Below, one piece after another: positions 53,017 through 61,451 of a stretch of DNA of 64,000 nucleotides. Each line of letters opens with the position of its first letter. Position 1 is the stretch's first letter. Made by a program: the position numbers and the translations under genes. Below the pieces are notes generated by a model. It worked only from the letters and a program-made list of their open reading frames with translations. It did no database searches and was not told the DNA's origin. The DNA is from a virus, in IMG/VR virus record IMGVR_UViG_3300032288_005579; one strand, 5' to 3'.

Positions 53017-53799
53017 ATGGACATTTCGCAATTGAGAAATCGACTCGCGTCCCTGCAAAACCCGAAAGCTTCGGGCAGAGGTGAGTTGAAAAAGACGCTT
53101 TGGTCCCCTACAGTAGGTAAACATTCCGTTAGGATCGTTCCTTCGCTGTTCGACAAAGCAAATCCCTTCAAAGAACTTTACTTTCACTACGAATTCGGTA
53201 AGACGATGATTTCGCTTACCAACTTCGGAGAAAAGGATCCCATCGTGGAGTTTGCACAGGGATTGAGAAAATCATCTAACAAAGAGGATTGGCAACTTGC
53301 CAAAAAGCTGGAGCCGAAACTCCGCATCTTCGCTCCCGTAATCGTACGTGGAGAAGAGGATAAAGGCGTTCTGCTTTGGGGATTCGGCAAGCAGATCTAC
53401 ATGGATTTGCTTTCCATCGCTGAAGACGAGGACGTTGGCGATTACACCGATCCTGTACAGGGACGAGACATCACCATCGAAACTCTGGACAAGGCAAGCA
53501 CAGGTTTGACTTACGACAAATCCACAGTTCGCATTCGCACAAAGGTAACGCCTCTGTCTGCGAAAGCAGAAGAAGCGAAGAAGTGGTTATCAGAACAACC
53601 TGATCCGATGACGCAATTCAAACGCTACTCTTACGACGAGATGAAAGCGGCTTTGTTGGGATATTTGAATCCTGAAAGCGAAGCTGAACAATCAGTCGCT
53701 TCTCCTAATCCTCCTGAAGAACCAAAAGCACAAGCTTACACCTTGAGCACAACTAAGGCGGACACCAAATCAAAAATCGACGATCTGTTTGAATTCTAA
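53017..53799 (+). CDS. gp32: Single-stranded DNA-binding protein, gp32-like
   Basis: LWSPTVGKHSVRIVP, ELYFHY, DPIVEF, LLWGFGKQIY, DYTDPVQGRDI and acidic tail IDDLFEF. Confidence 0.85.
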   Translation: MDISQLRNRLASLQNPKASGRGELKKTLWSPTVGKHSVRIVPSLFDKANPFKELYFHYEFGKTMISLTNFGEKDPIVEFAQGLRKSSNKEDWQLAKKLEPKLRIFAPVIVRGEEDKGVLLWGFGKQIYMDLLSIAEDEDVGDYTDPVQGRDITIETLDKASTGLTYDKSTVRIRTKVTPLSAKAEEAKKWLSEQPDPMTQFKRYSYDEMKAALLGYLNPESEAEQSVASPNPPEEPKAQAYTLSTTKADTKSKIDDLFEF

Positions 53800-53800
53800 T

Positions 53801-53825
53801 TAAAGCCCCGAAAGGGGCTTTTTTA
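53801..53825 (+). terminator. Rho-independent terminator after the SSB gene
   Basis: AAAGCCCC-GAAA-GGGGCTTT followed by Ts, with a GNRA tetraloop. Confidence 0.9.
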
Positions 53826-53831
53826 ACCACT

Positions 53832-54917
53832 ATGGCGAAAAAAGCAAGCTTAAACGACGCGGTCGCTGCGGTCGTAAAGGACAAGTCTCAGTTCAATCTT
53901 GAAAGTTTCAAGAAAGGAAAGAACCTGAGCACAACATCAGTAAAGTTCAAGGACCAGAAATGGATTCCACTGTCTAAGGCGTTTCAAGACACGCTTCAGA
54001 TCCCTGGAATTCCTATGGGCCACATCACACTTTTAAGGGGTCACTCAGACACCGGCAAAACAACAGCGATGTTGGAAGCCGCTATCCAGTGTCAAAAGAT
54101 GGGCATATTGCCTGTCCTTCTTATAACCGAAATGAAGTGGTCGTGGGAGCACGCCAGAGAGATGGGGTTGCAGTTCGATGAAGTACCAGATACCGATACG
54201 GGCGAGATATTGGACTACAAGGGGTTCTTCCTGTACATCGACAGGGAAAAGCTGAATTGTATAGAGGACGTTAGTGCTTTCATCATGGATATCCTTGACG
54301 AACAGAAGCGAGGAAACCTTCCTTACGATCTGTGTTTCTTCTGGGATTCCGTGGGTTCCATTCCTTGCAGATTATCCATTGAATCGAACAAGAACAACAA
54401 CGAATGGAACGCTGGTGCCATGTCTCAACAGTTCGGTAATTTTGTAAACCAGAAGATCGTTATGTCAAGGAAAGAAAGCTCTCCTTACACAAACACCTTC
54501 GTAGCAGTCAACAAAGTTTGGGTCGCAAAGCCCGAAACGATCATGAGCCAACCTAAGATGAAAAACAAGGGTGGAGATACTATGTTCTTCGACTCATCGA
54601 TGGTCATTACTTTCGGTAACGTCACAAGTTCGGGCACAAGCAAACTCAAAGCCACCAAAGGCGGCAAAGAGATTGAGTTCGCTAAGCGTACTAAAATATC
54701 TTGCGATAAGAACCACGTTACTGGCGTAACCGGGGTTGGACGCGTCATTGTCACAGTTCACGGTTTCATCTCAGAAGAAAAGCGAGAGCTCGACGATTAC
54801 AAGAAGCAGTATTCCCACCAGTGGTTAAAGGTTCTTGGTTCCAAGGATTTTGATGTCATCGAAGAGGAAGACAATTCACAGGCGGCCGATATATTCGACC
54901 AATCAGAAAACGATTAA
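53832..54917 (+). CDS. uvsX: RecA/UvsX-like recombinase
   Basis: IPMGHITLLRGHSDTGKTT (Walker A), FWDSVG (Walker B), VAVNKVW and KNKGG. Confidence 0.88.
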   Translation: MAKKASLNDAVAAVVKDKSQFNLESFKKGKNLSTTSVKFKDQKWIPLSKAFQDTLQIPGIPMGHITLLRGHSDTGKTTAMLEAAIQCQKMGILPVLLITEMKWSWEHAREMGLQFDEVPDTDTGEILDYKGFFLYIDREKLNCIEDVSAFIMDILDEQKRGNLPYDLCFFWDSVGSIPCRLSIESNKNNNEWNAGAMSQQFGNFVNQKIVMSRKESSPYTNTFVAVNKVWVAKPETIMSQPKMKNKGGDTMFFDSSMVITFGNVTSSGTSKLKATKGGKEIEFAKRTKISCDKNHVTGVTGVGRVIVTVHGFISEEKRELDDYKKQYSHQWLKVLGSKDFDVIEEEDNSQAADIFDQSEND

Positions 54918-55943
54918 ATGACTCCTGAACAAAAGAAGATCTTCGACTCTCTTTCACAGAAGCAAGAGCCGGAAGAACAGCTAACGCTCGATAGTCGTGT
55001 GTTGGTTGTAGACGCACTTAACACATTCATGAGGGCGTTTGCTGTCATACGGCACGTCAATCACAATCTGACACCGATAGGTGGTCTCACCGGTTTTTTG
55101 CGGTCCGTAGGATACGCAATCAATGTGGTGAGACCCACACGGGTCATAGTGGTTTTCGACGGTCAAGGATCTTCGACTAACAAGCGTTACATCTACCCAG
55201 AGTATAAAGCGAACAGACATCTCAGACGCATAACAAATTGGGACCACTTCGAAACTCAAGAAGCGGAATCAGAAGCGATCATCAATCAAGTCGTAAGGCT
55301 CGTTCATTACCTGAAGTGTTTACCGGTCGACGTATTGACGATCGATAAGATAGAAGCGGACGATGTGATAGGATACTTAGCACAGAGGGTAGGAAAACAG
55401 ACAACGATAATGTCTAGCGATAGAGACTATCTACAATTGGTCAGCGATCGCATAACCGTGTTTTCCCCAACCAAGAAAAAGTTCTACACACCAGATCTTG
55501 TGTTGAAAGAATACGGAGTAACTCCCGAAAATTTCCTAATACAAAAGATGTTGTTAGGTGATTCTGGTGACAACGTACCTGGTGTAGTGGGCTTGGGACC
55601 AAAGACTCTGATAAAAGAGTTTCCTGAACTAGGAAAAATCGATAAAGTTACGCTTAACGAAATACTGGAGAAGTGTGAATCTGGAAAAAAGAAGGTTCAC
55701 GGATCGATAAGAAATTTTAAGAGTCAATTGGAGATCAACAAACTATTGATGGACTTGGAAAATCCTAACATACCAGAGGAATCGATAAAAGATATAGAAA
55801 ATTGCATACTCGAGCCCTATAAGCAGTTTAATTCCCAGGAATTTGTTAAGTTGTATAATGAAGACGATTTAGGAAACAGCATACCCAACTTACAGGCATG
55901 GTTGTTCAATCACTTCCACATACTATCTAAATATAAAGCATGA
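54918..55943 (+). CDS. 5'-3' exonuclease / flap endonuclease (T4 RNase H, PolI N-terminal type)
   Basis: VVDALN, VVFDG, YPEYKANR, IEADDVIG, SSDRD and GDSGDNVPGV.GLGPKT. Confidence 0.92.
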   Translation: MTPEQKKIFDSLSQKQEPEEQLTLDSRVLVVDALNTFMRAFAVIRHVNHNLTPIGGLTGFLRSVGYAINVVRPTRVIVVFDGQGSSTNKRYIYPEYKANRHLRRITNWDHFETQEAESEAIINQVVRLVHYLKCLPVDVLTIDKIEADDVIGYLAQRVGKQTTIMSSDRDYLQLVSDRITVFSPTKKKFYTPDLVLKEYGVTPENFLIQKMLLGDSGDNVPGVVGLGPKTLIKEFPELGKIDKVTLNEILEKCESGKKKVHGSIRNFKSQLEINKLLMDLENPNIPEESIKDIENCILEPYKQFNSQEFVKLYNEDDLGNSIPNLQAWLFNHFHILSKYKA

Positions 55944-57316
55944 GCACACTAAATACGTTACAACAGTACGGAGTTTCATTTCAAATCAAGGTTCTGTCGT
56001 CCTTGTTAAAACACAAAGAGTTCTTACACAACATTTACGACATCCTAAATCCAGACGAGTTCGATAATCCCTCTCACAAGTGGATCATCAAAGAGACTCT
56101 GAAATACTATTCGAAGTATCATACGAATCCCACTCCTGAGTATCTCTCTGTCGAAGTTAAGAAGATCGATAACGACGTTCTTAAGATCAGCGTAGCGGAA
56201 CAAATCAAAGAAGCTCTTAAAGCCATCAACGAAGATCGCGAATACGTAGAGACAGAGTTCAGTAACTTCTGCAGAAATCAACAACTAAAGAAGGCTTTGA
56301 TGTCTTCAGTAGAACTGCTCACTAAGGGACAGTACGATGACATCAGATCGATGATCGATACTGCGTTAAAAGCTGGTCAAAGCCGGGACATCGGACACGA
56401 GTACGAAAAAGATGTAGAAACAAGATACAGATCTGAAGAGAGAAAAGCAGTTCCCACAGTTTGGCCTCACGTAAATAATTTATTGATGGGAGGTCTAGGA
56501 GCAGGAGATCTTGGCATAGTACTAGGATCACCAGGTGGTGGAAAATCTTGGTTTCTAATAAACTTAGGCGCTGCTGCAGTCAAAGCTGGTTACAACGTGT
56601 GTCACTACACTTTGGAACTTTCACAAGACTACGTTGGTAAAAGATACGATTCTACCTTTACGGGTATTGAATTCCAAAGGATACACCTTCATAGAGAAGA
56701 AATCGAAAAGGTGGTCAATGCTCTACCAGGAAAGTTGATCATCAAAGAGTATCCGATGGGAAAAACTACACCATCTACCATAGAAACTCACATACAAAAG
56801 TGTGAGACCATAGGATTCAAACCCGATCTTGTCATTATAGACTACGTGGATCTCTTAAGATCTAAGATGAAATCCACTGAGAGGAAGGACGAGATAGACG
56901 ATGTTTACACTTCCATAAAAGGCTTGGCCAGGCAGATAAAAACGCCGATCTGGACAGTCTCTCAAGTGAATAGGATGGGATCTAAAGATGACATCATCGA
57001 AGCCGATAAAATCGCTGGATCTTACGATAAGATCATGATCGCAGACTTCGCAATGTCGCTTTCCAGAAAGCGCTCTGATAAACTGAATGGAACTGGTAGG
57101 ATACACATAATCAAAAACAGATTCGGTGCCGACGGTATGACATTTTCTGCAGTTATAAACACTTCAAATGGACATATTGACATAAGTAACACAGAAATTG
57201 ACGATTCAGAGCTCCAGGTAGAAGACAATCCGGTCAGAACAATGCAGAATAGAATACAGTTAGCTGGGGAAGAGAAAAAATACTTAGCAAACAAATTTTA
57301 TGAGTTAGGCTTATAA
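55940..57316 (+). CDS. Replicative helicase, DnaB/gp41 family
   Basis: GSPGGGKS, YTLEL, IIDYVDLL, WTVSQVNR and IIKNRFG. Confidence 0.92.
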   Translation: MSTLNTLQQYGVSFQIKVLSSLLKHKEFLHNIYDILNPDEFDNPSHKWIIKETLKYYSKYHTNPTPEYLSVEVKKIDNDVLKISVAEQIKEALKAINEDREYVETEFSNFCRNQQLKKALMSSVELLTKGQYDDIRSMIDTALKAGQSRDIGHEYEKDVETRYRSEERKAVPTVWPHVNNLLMGGLGAGDLGIVLGSPGGGKSWFLINLGAAAVKAGYNVCHYTLELSQDYVGKRYDSTFTGIEFQRIHLHREEIEKVVNALPGKLIIKEYPMGKTTPSTIETHIQKCETIGFKPDLVIIDYVDLLRSKMKSTERKDEIDDVYTSIKGLARQIKTPIWTVSQVNRMGSKDDIIEADKIAGSYDKIMIADFAMSLSRKRSDKLNGTGRIHIIKNRFGADGMTFSAVINTSNGHIDISNTEIDDSELQVEDNPVRTMQNRIQLAGEEKKYLANKFYELGL

Positions 57317-57332
57317 GAAAGAAAATATCAGA

Positions 57333-57340
57333 TATTTATA
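57333..57340 (+). promoter_or_regulatory. TATTTATA motif
   Basis: 19 nt upstream of ATG 57360. Confidence 0.65.
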
Positions 57341-57359
57341 ACTACAAAAACAACTGATT

Positions 57360-57581
57360 ATGCCGAGCATCTGGAATCTATATCAAAGAGCCCCCAAAGG
57401 TGACAACTTCAGGAGACCTGAAGGATACACGGAGTCTTACATCGATCGTTCGTTCCAAGAAGCCGCTGAGGCAGCTTCTTCCAATTTGATCGTGGATCTG
57501 AAGAATTTCTTCCAATCTACGAATAAGAAGACTTGGTACGAAAGTAAGAACGAGAACGCGGGAAGCGTCCCCCAAGGTTAA
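57360..57581 (+). CDS. Small hypothetical protein preceded by the late-type motif
   Basis: 73-aa ORF with an A-rich leader and its own TATTTATA motif. Confidence 0.65.
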   Translation: MPSIWNLYQRAPKGDNFRRPEGYTESYIDRSFQEAAEAASSNLIVDLKNFFQSTNKKTWYESKNENAGSVPQG

Positions 57582-57697
57582 TCAGTCCAATCTAAACTTT
57601 TGGATGTTTTAAATTAGACGAATAGTCTAAAGGTCAAAAGATCTGTTTAAAAATTAAAAAACGTAAGAAATTACGAAGGCTATTATAGGCTATATAT

Positions 57698-58675
57698 ATG
57701 AGCAAATTATTTACGAAACGGGTTAACATTCTACCATACGACTATCCGTCGTTACTTAAATACAAAGACGCAATACGACACTCCTACTGGATAGATACGG
57801 AGTACAATTTCACTACAGACATAAACGACTTCATGGTCAATATCACCGAAAACGAAAGGGAGGTGATCAAACGTACCATGCTTGCCATAGCTCAAATAGA
57901 AGTCAACGTTAAAACCTTTTGGGCAGACATGTACAAGCGTATGCCGATCACAGAGATCGGTGACGTAGGCATGACATTCGCAGAGTCAGAGGTTAGGCAC
58001 AAGGACGCATACGCTCGCCTCCTAAGGATCCTTGGTTTGGAGGATGAGTTCAAGACTGTTGTGGAAATCCCAGCCATTAAAGATAGGATCAAGTATCTAA
58101 GCAAATACTTAGACGGTACTCGCAGCACAGACAACAAGATGTACACTAAGTCCGTACTGCTGTTCTCTCTGTTCATCGAGCATGTGTCACTATTCTCCCA
58201 GTTTCTCATCATGATGTCCTTTAATAAAGACCGTAACGTCTTTAAAGGGATATCTAACGTGGTTGAAGCCACATCGAAGGAAGAAGACATACACGGTAAC
58301 TTCGGTGCAGAGATCATTAACATCATCAAGCAAGAGAATCCCGAGTGGTTCGATTCTGAGTTCGAAGCTCTAATAGACACCGCATGTAATAAAGCATATA
58401 AAGCCGAGTGTAAGATCCTTGACTGGATCTTTGAACACGGCGAATTAGACTTCCTACCAAAGACAACTATCCAGCATTTCATTAAGAATCGCTTCAATAA
58501 CTCTTTGAAAAAGATCGGTATGGAACCCATATTCGAAGTAGATTCCGATGAGATAAAGAAAACCAAGTGGTTTGAGATAGAGACCACATCCACAAAAGAA
58601 GGAGACTTCTTCTACAAGAAACAGATCGACTACTCGAAGAAACAAAAAGCCATAACAGAAGACGATTTGTTCTAA
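57698..58675 (+). CDS. nrdB: Ribonucleotide reductase class I small subunit
   Basis: AQIEVNVK.FW, ESEVRHKDAY, IEHVSLFSQF and EEDIHG (di-metal ExxH ligands), with C-terminal DFF...Y. Confidence 0.95.
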   Translation: MSKLFTKRVNILPYDYPSLLKYKDAIRHSYWIDTEYNFTTDINDFMVNITENEREVIKRTMLAIAQIEVNVKTFWADMYKRMPITEIGDVGMTFAESEVRHKDAYARLLRILGLEDEFKTVVEIPAIKDRIKYLSKYLDGTRSTDNKMYTKSVLLFSLFIEHVSLFSQFLIMMSFNKDRNVFKGISNVVEATSKEEDIHGNFGAEIINIIKQENPEWFDSEFEALIDTACNKAYKAECKILDWIFEHGELDFLPKTTIQHFIKNRFNNSLKKIGMEPIFEVDSDEIKKTKWFEIETTSTKEGDFFYKKQIDYSKKQKAITEDDLF

Positions 58676-58726
58676 TAATGAATTAAATACTATACATTAA
58701 TTGATAACCACTACTTAGTGAATTAT

Positions 58727-60355
58727 ATGCTATACAAAGATTACTACTGGTTGAATGATGAGGCGAGAACATTTCTCTCTCGTGGATACATAACTGAGAC
58801 TGCAGAAGATAGGATCAAAGAGATAGCTACCGTTGCAGAGAAATACCTTGAGATAAAGGGATTCGCTGAGAAGTTCGAGCGTTATATGGCTAAGGGCTAC
58901 TATAGTCTAGCCACCCCAGTATGGATAAACTTCGGTAAAGACAAAGGCCTTCCCATCTCATGTTACGGTTCTTGGATAGACGACTCTCTTGAGAGCATGC
59001 TAACAACAGCAAGAGAAATAGGCATGATGTCGAAATACGGTGGTGGAACATCAGCGTACCTCGGCAACATCCGCCCTAGAGGATCAGATATCAGTACTGG
59101 AGGCAAAGCAGACGGACCTATACACTACGCTCGATTGTACGATACTGTAGTAGATGTTTGTAAACAATCAGAGGCTCGTCGCGGAGCTTGCGCAGTGTAT
59201 CTGCCTATAGAGCACAGCGACATAATGGAATTTCTTGACATTGGCAGCGAAGGCAACCCCATACAGAACCTACAGTACGGAGTTACAATCGGTGATCAAT
59301 GGCTTTCTGAAATGAAAGCTGGTGACCCTGTTAAAAGAAAAGTTTGGGCTAAGGTTATCCAACGCCGCTCGGAGTTCGGGTATCCTTACCTACTTTTCAG
59401 GGACAATGCAAATAAAAACACGCCGTACAAGGAACTAGGTTATAAAATCACCGCAAGCAACCTGTGTTCGGAGATCATGTTACCCACAGACTCTGATAAC
59501 TCTTTCGTTTGTTGCATAGGTTCAATAAACCTATTGCACTGGGAAGAGATAGAGAAAACGGATGCTATTGAGGTGTATACACAATTCCTCAATGCTGTGA
59601 TGGACGAATTTATAATGAAGTCTCACAAACCCGGATTACAGCGCGCTTGGAATTTTGCGCTGAGTCACAGAGCCATCGGAGTGGGAGTATTAGGATACCA
59701 TTCATTCCTACAGTCTAAACTAATTCCTTTCGAATCTATACAAGCAAAACAGTGGAATGATAGGATATTCAAAGTGCTGAAGCAGAGAACAGAGGCCGCT
59801 TCCAAAGATCTCTATTTAAACGATCAAGAGAGATACGAGTGCATGAGACCGGGATTTGCTAACACCACACTGATAGCTATTGCACCAACAAAGTCCTCTT
59901 CTTTTATCTTGGGTCAAGTAAGCATGGGTATCGAACCCATCAAATCTAATTACTTCGTGAAAGATCTTTCTAAGATCAAGACGGTGTACAAAAACCCGCA
60001 CTTGCTAGAAGAACTGAAGAAGTATAATATGGATACTGAGGAAGTGTGGGATAGTATCATGAAGAAGGACGGATCCGTACAGCACTTGGATTTCCCCACC
60101 AAAGAGGTTTTCAAAACCTTCCTTGAGATATCACCAAAAGAGATAATTATTCAAACTGCTCAGCGTCAAAAATACATAGACCAATCCCAGTCTGTGAACC
60201 TGATGATTCACCCTACGATACCTGCAAAGGACATCAATCAACTTTATTTGTATGCTCATGAAGAGGGTGTAAAAACCCTTTATTATCAGTATTCACAGAA
60301 TTCTGCCCAAGCATTTGCTAGAAACATATTAGAATGCGTAAACTGCGAGGCTTAA
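58727..60355 (+). CDS. nrdA: Ribonucleotide reductase class I large subunit, compact, no ATP cone
   Basis: ATPVW.NFG, PISC, SKYGGG, SNLCSEI, IAPT.SSS, QKYIDQSQSVNL, KTLYY and C-terminal CVNC. ATG 58727 or GTG 58718. Confidence 0.95.
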   Translation: MLYKDYYWLNDEARTFLSRGYITETAEDRIKEIATVAEKYLEIKGFAEKFERYMAKGYYSLATPVWINFGKDKGLPISCYGSWIDDSLESMLTTAREIGMMSKYGGGTSAYLGNIRPRGSDISTGGKADGPIHYARLYDTVVDVCKQSEARRGACAVYLPIEHSDIMEFLDIGSEGNPIQNLQYGVTIGDQWLSEMKAGDPVKRKVWAKVIQRRSEFGYPYLLFRDNANKNTPYKELGYKITASNLCSEIMLPTDSDNSFVCCIGSINLLHWEEIEKTDAIEVYTQFLNAVMDEFIMKSHKPGLQRAWNFALSHRAIGVGVLGYHSFLQSKLIPFESIQAKQWNDRIFKVLKQRTEAASKDLYLNDQERYECMRPGFANTTLIAIAPTKSSSFILGQVSMGIEPIKSNYFVKDLSKIKTVYKNPHLLEELKKYNMDTEEVWDSIMKKDGSVQHLDFPTKEVFKTFLEISPKEIIIQTAQRQKYIDQSQSVNLMIHPTIPAKDINQLYLYAHEEGVKTLYYQYSQNSAQAFARNILECVNCEA

Positions 60356-60371
60356 CACAAAAAACTAAATC

Positions 60372-60400
60372 TTTACAATTATAAGGGCAACGATTACATT
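60372..60400 (+). promoter_or_regulatory. Putative early/middle promoter TTTACA-N17-TACATT
   Basis: Same architecture as 52963-52991, upstream of ATG 60417. Confidence 0.65.
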
Positions 60401-60416
60401 CATCTAAACAAGCGTT

Positions 60417-61439
60417 ATGAAATTAGAAAAATACGAAAAACTAAAACAGCGGTTAGAGGTTCTCAAACTAGAGAAAAACTTTTTCCCGCTTAACACAACC
60501 CTGTATTGGTTTTCCTTTCTTGGAAACATCTTCTTGATTTACTTTGGTTACTTCTTCATAAGAACGATTACAGACACACTGCCTGACTTATTCCCATACC
60601 AGGATGAATTTTTTATGGTGTTTATTGCTCTATTCCTTTCTGGATACGAGCTCACTAAAAGATTTGTAATAGATCAGACCGCGAATTCTTTAGTGGGTCC
60701 TAAAAAATCTTTGAGTTTTGGAGTTGTATTCGGCGTATTAGCCTCATTGTTTCTAATAGGAGGATCTTTTTACATGTCCATAAAGGGCGCTCATAGACTT
60801 GTGGACAACAAGGATGTCATAACAGCGCAAATAGATTCAGTATCCACTAAAAAAATAGAAGACATCTCGGCTTATTACGATAAAGAAATAGCTTTCTATA
60901 GATCTCAACCTGCGCGCACACGCACTGATCGAATGTATAGAGATTCTATAGTCTCAAGTCTTCAGGTTCAAAAGGACACAAAAATAACCGAAGAAGAAAA
61001 TAAACAGGAGTTTAAAGCTGGTGATTCTTTGGCAGAGAACGAAGAGAACGATTTTGCTTTCATGATCATAACGGTGTTTTTAGAGGCGATAGTCATACTC
61101 GGTGTTGGATTTAATTCCTTCTATACGGTATCGACATACGAAGAGACGGGTAAGCTACTACAAACACCAAAGTACCGTCAATACATGAACAACCTCCAAC
61201 TCTTGAAGATGTATTACGCCAATGGTAAAAAAGAACCTGGGGAATTGACGCTATCATTCACAAAACTTGCATCTCTCGTTAAGAATCAAAAGCTGGGAAT
61301 ATCAAATTCAGAGGTAAAAGATTTTATATCGATGTGCACAGAACTTGGAATATGCAAAGAAATGCAGAACAAGCGTAAGCAACTTGTGATGACCTACGAA
61401 GACGCGAAAAAAGCTCTTCAAAAGGACGACATATTTTAG
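60417..61439 (+). CDS. Multi-pass membrane protein with a coiled-coil loop
   Basis: Three or four hydrophobic segments, a charged helical loop and a soluble C-terminal domain. Confidence 0.7.
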   Translation: MKLEKYEKLKQRLEVLKLEKNFFPLNTTLYWFSFLGNIFLIYFGYFFIRTITDTLPDLFPYQDEFFMVFIALFLSGYELTKRFVIDQTANSLVGPKKSLSFGVVFGVLASLFLIGGSFYMSIKGAHRLVDNKDVITAQIDSVSTKKIEDISAYYDKEIAFYRSQPARTRTDRMYRDSIVSSLQVQKDTKITEEENKQEFKAGDSLAENEENDFAFMIITVFLEAIVILGVGFNSFYTVSTYEETGKLLQTPKYRQYMNNLQLLKMYYANGKKEPGELTLSFTKLASLVKNQKLGISNSEVKDFISMCTELGICKEMQNKRKQLVMTYEDAKKALQKDDIF

Positions 61440-61451
61440 TAGATTACTCCC

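Noticed and set aside
57614-57630. TTAGAC-N5-GTCTAA inverted repeat before nrdB as an operator
   Set aside because: Only 6-bp arms in an AT-rich gap, and no second copy was found.
57892-58593. 233-aa antisense ORF in nrdB, and similar ones in the capsid and scaffold genes
   Set aside because: Expected from biased codon usage of highly expressed sense genes, with no recognisable motifs.
58709-58720. CACTACTTAGTG palindrome before nrdA as an NrdR box
   Set aside because: The core is 2 nt shorter than the NrdR consensus, is a single copy, and overlaps the start region.
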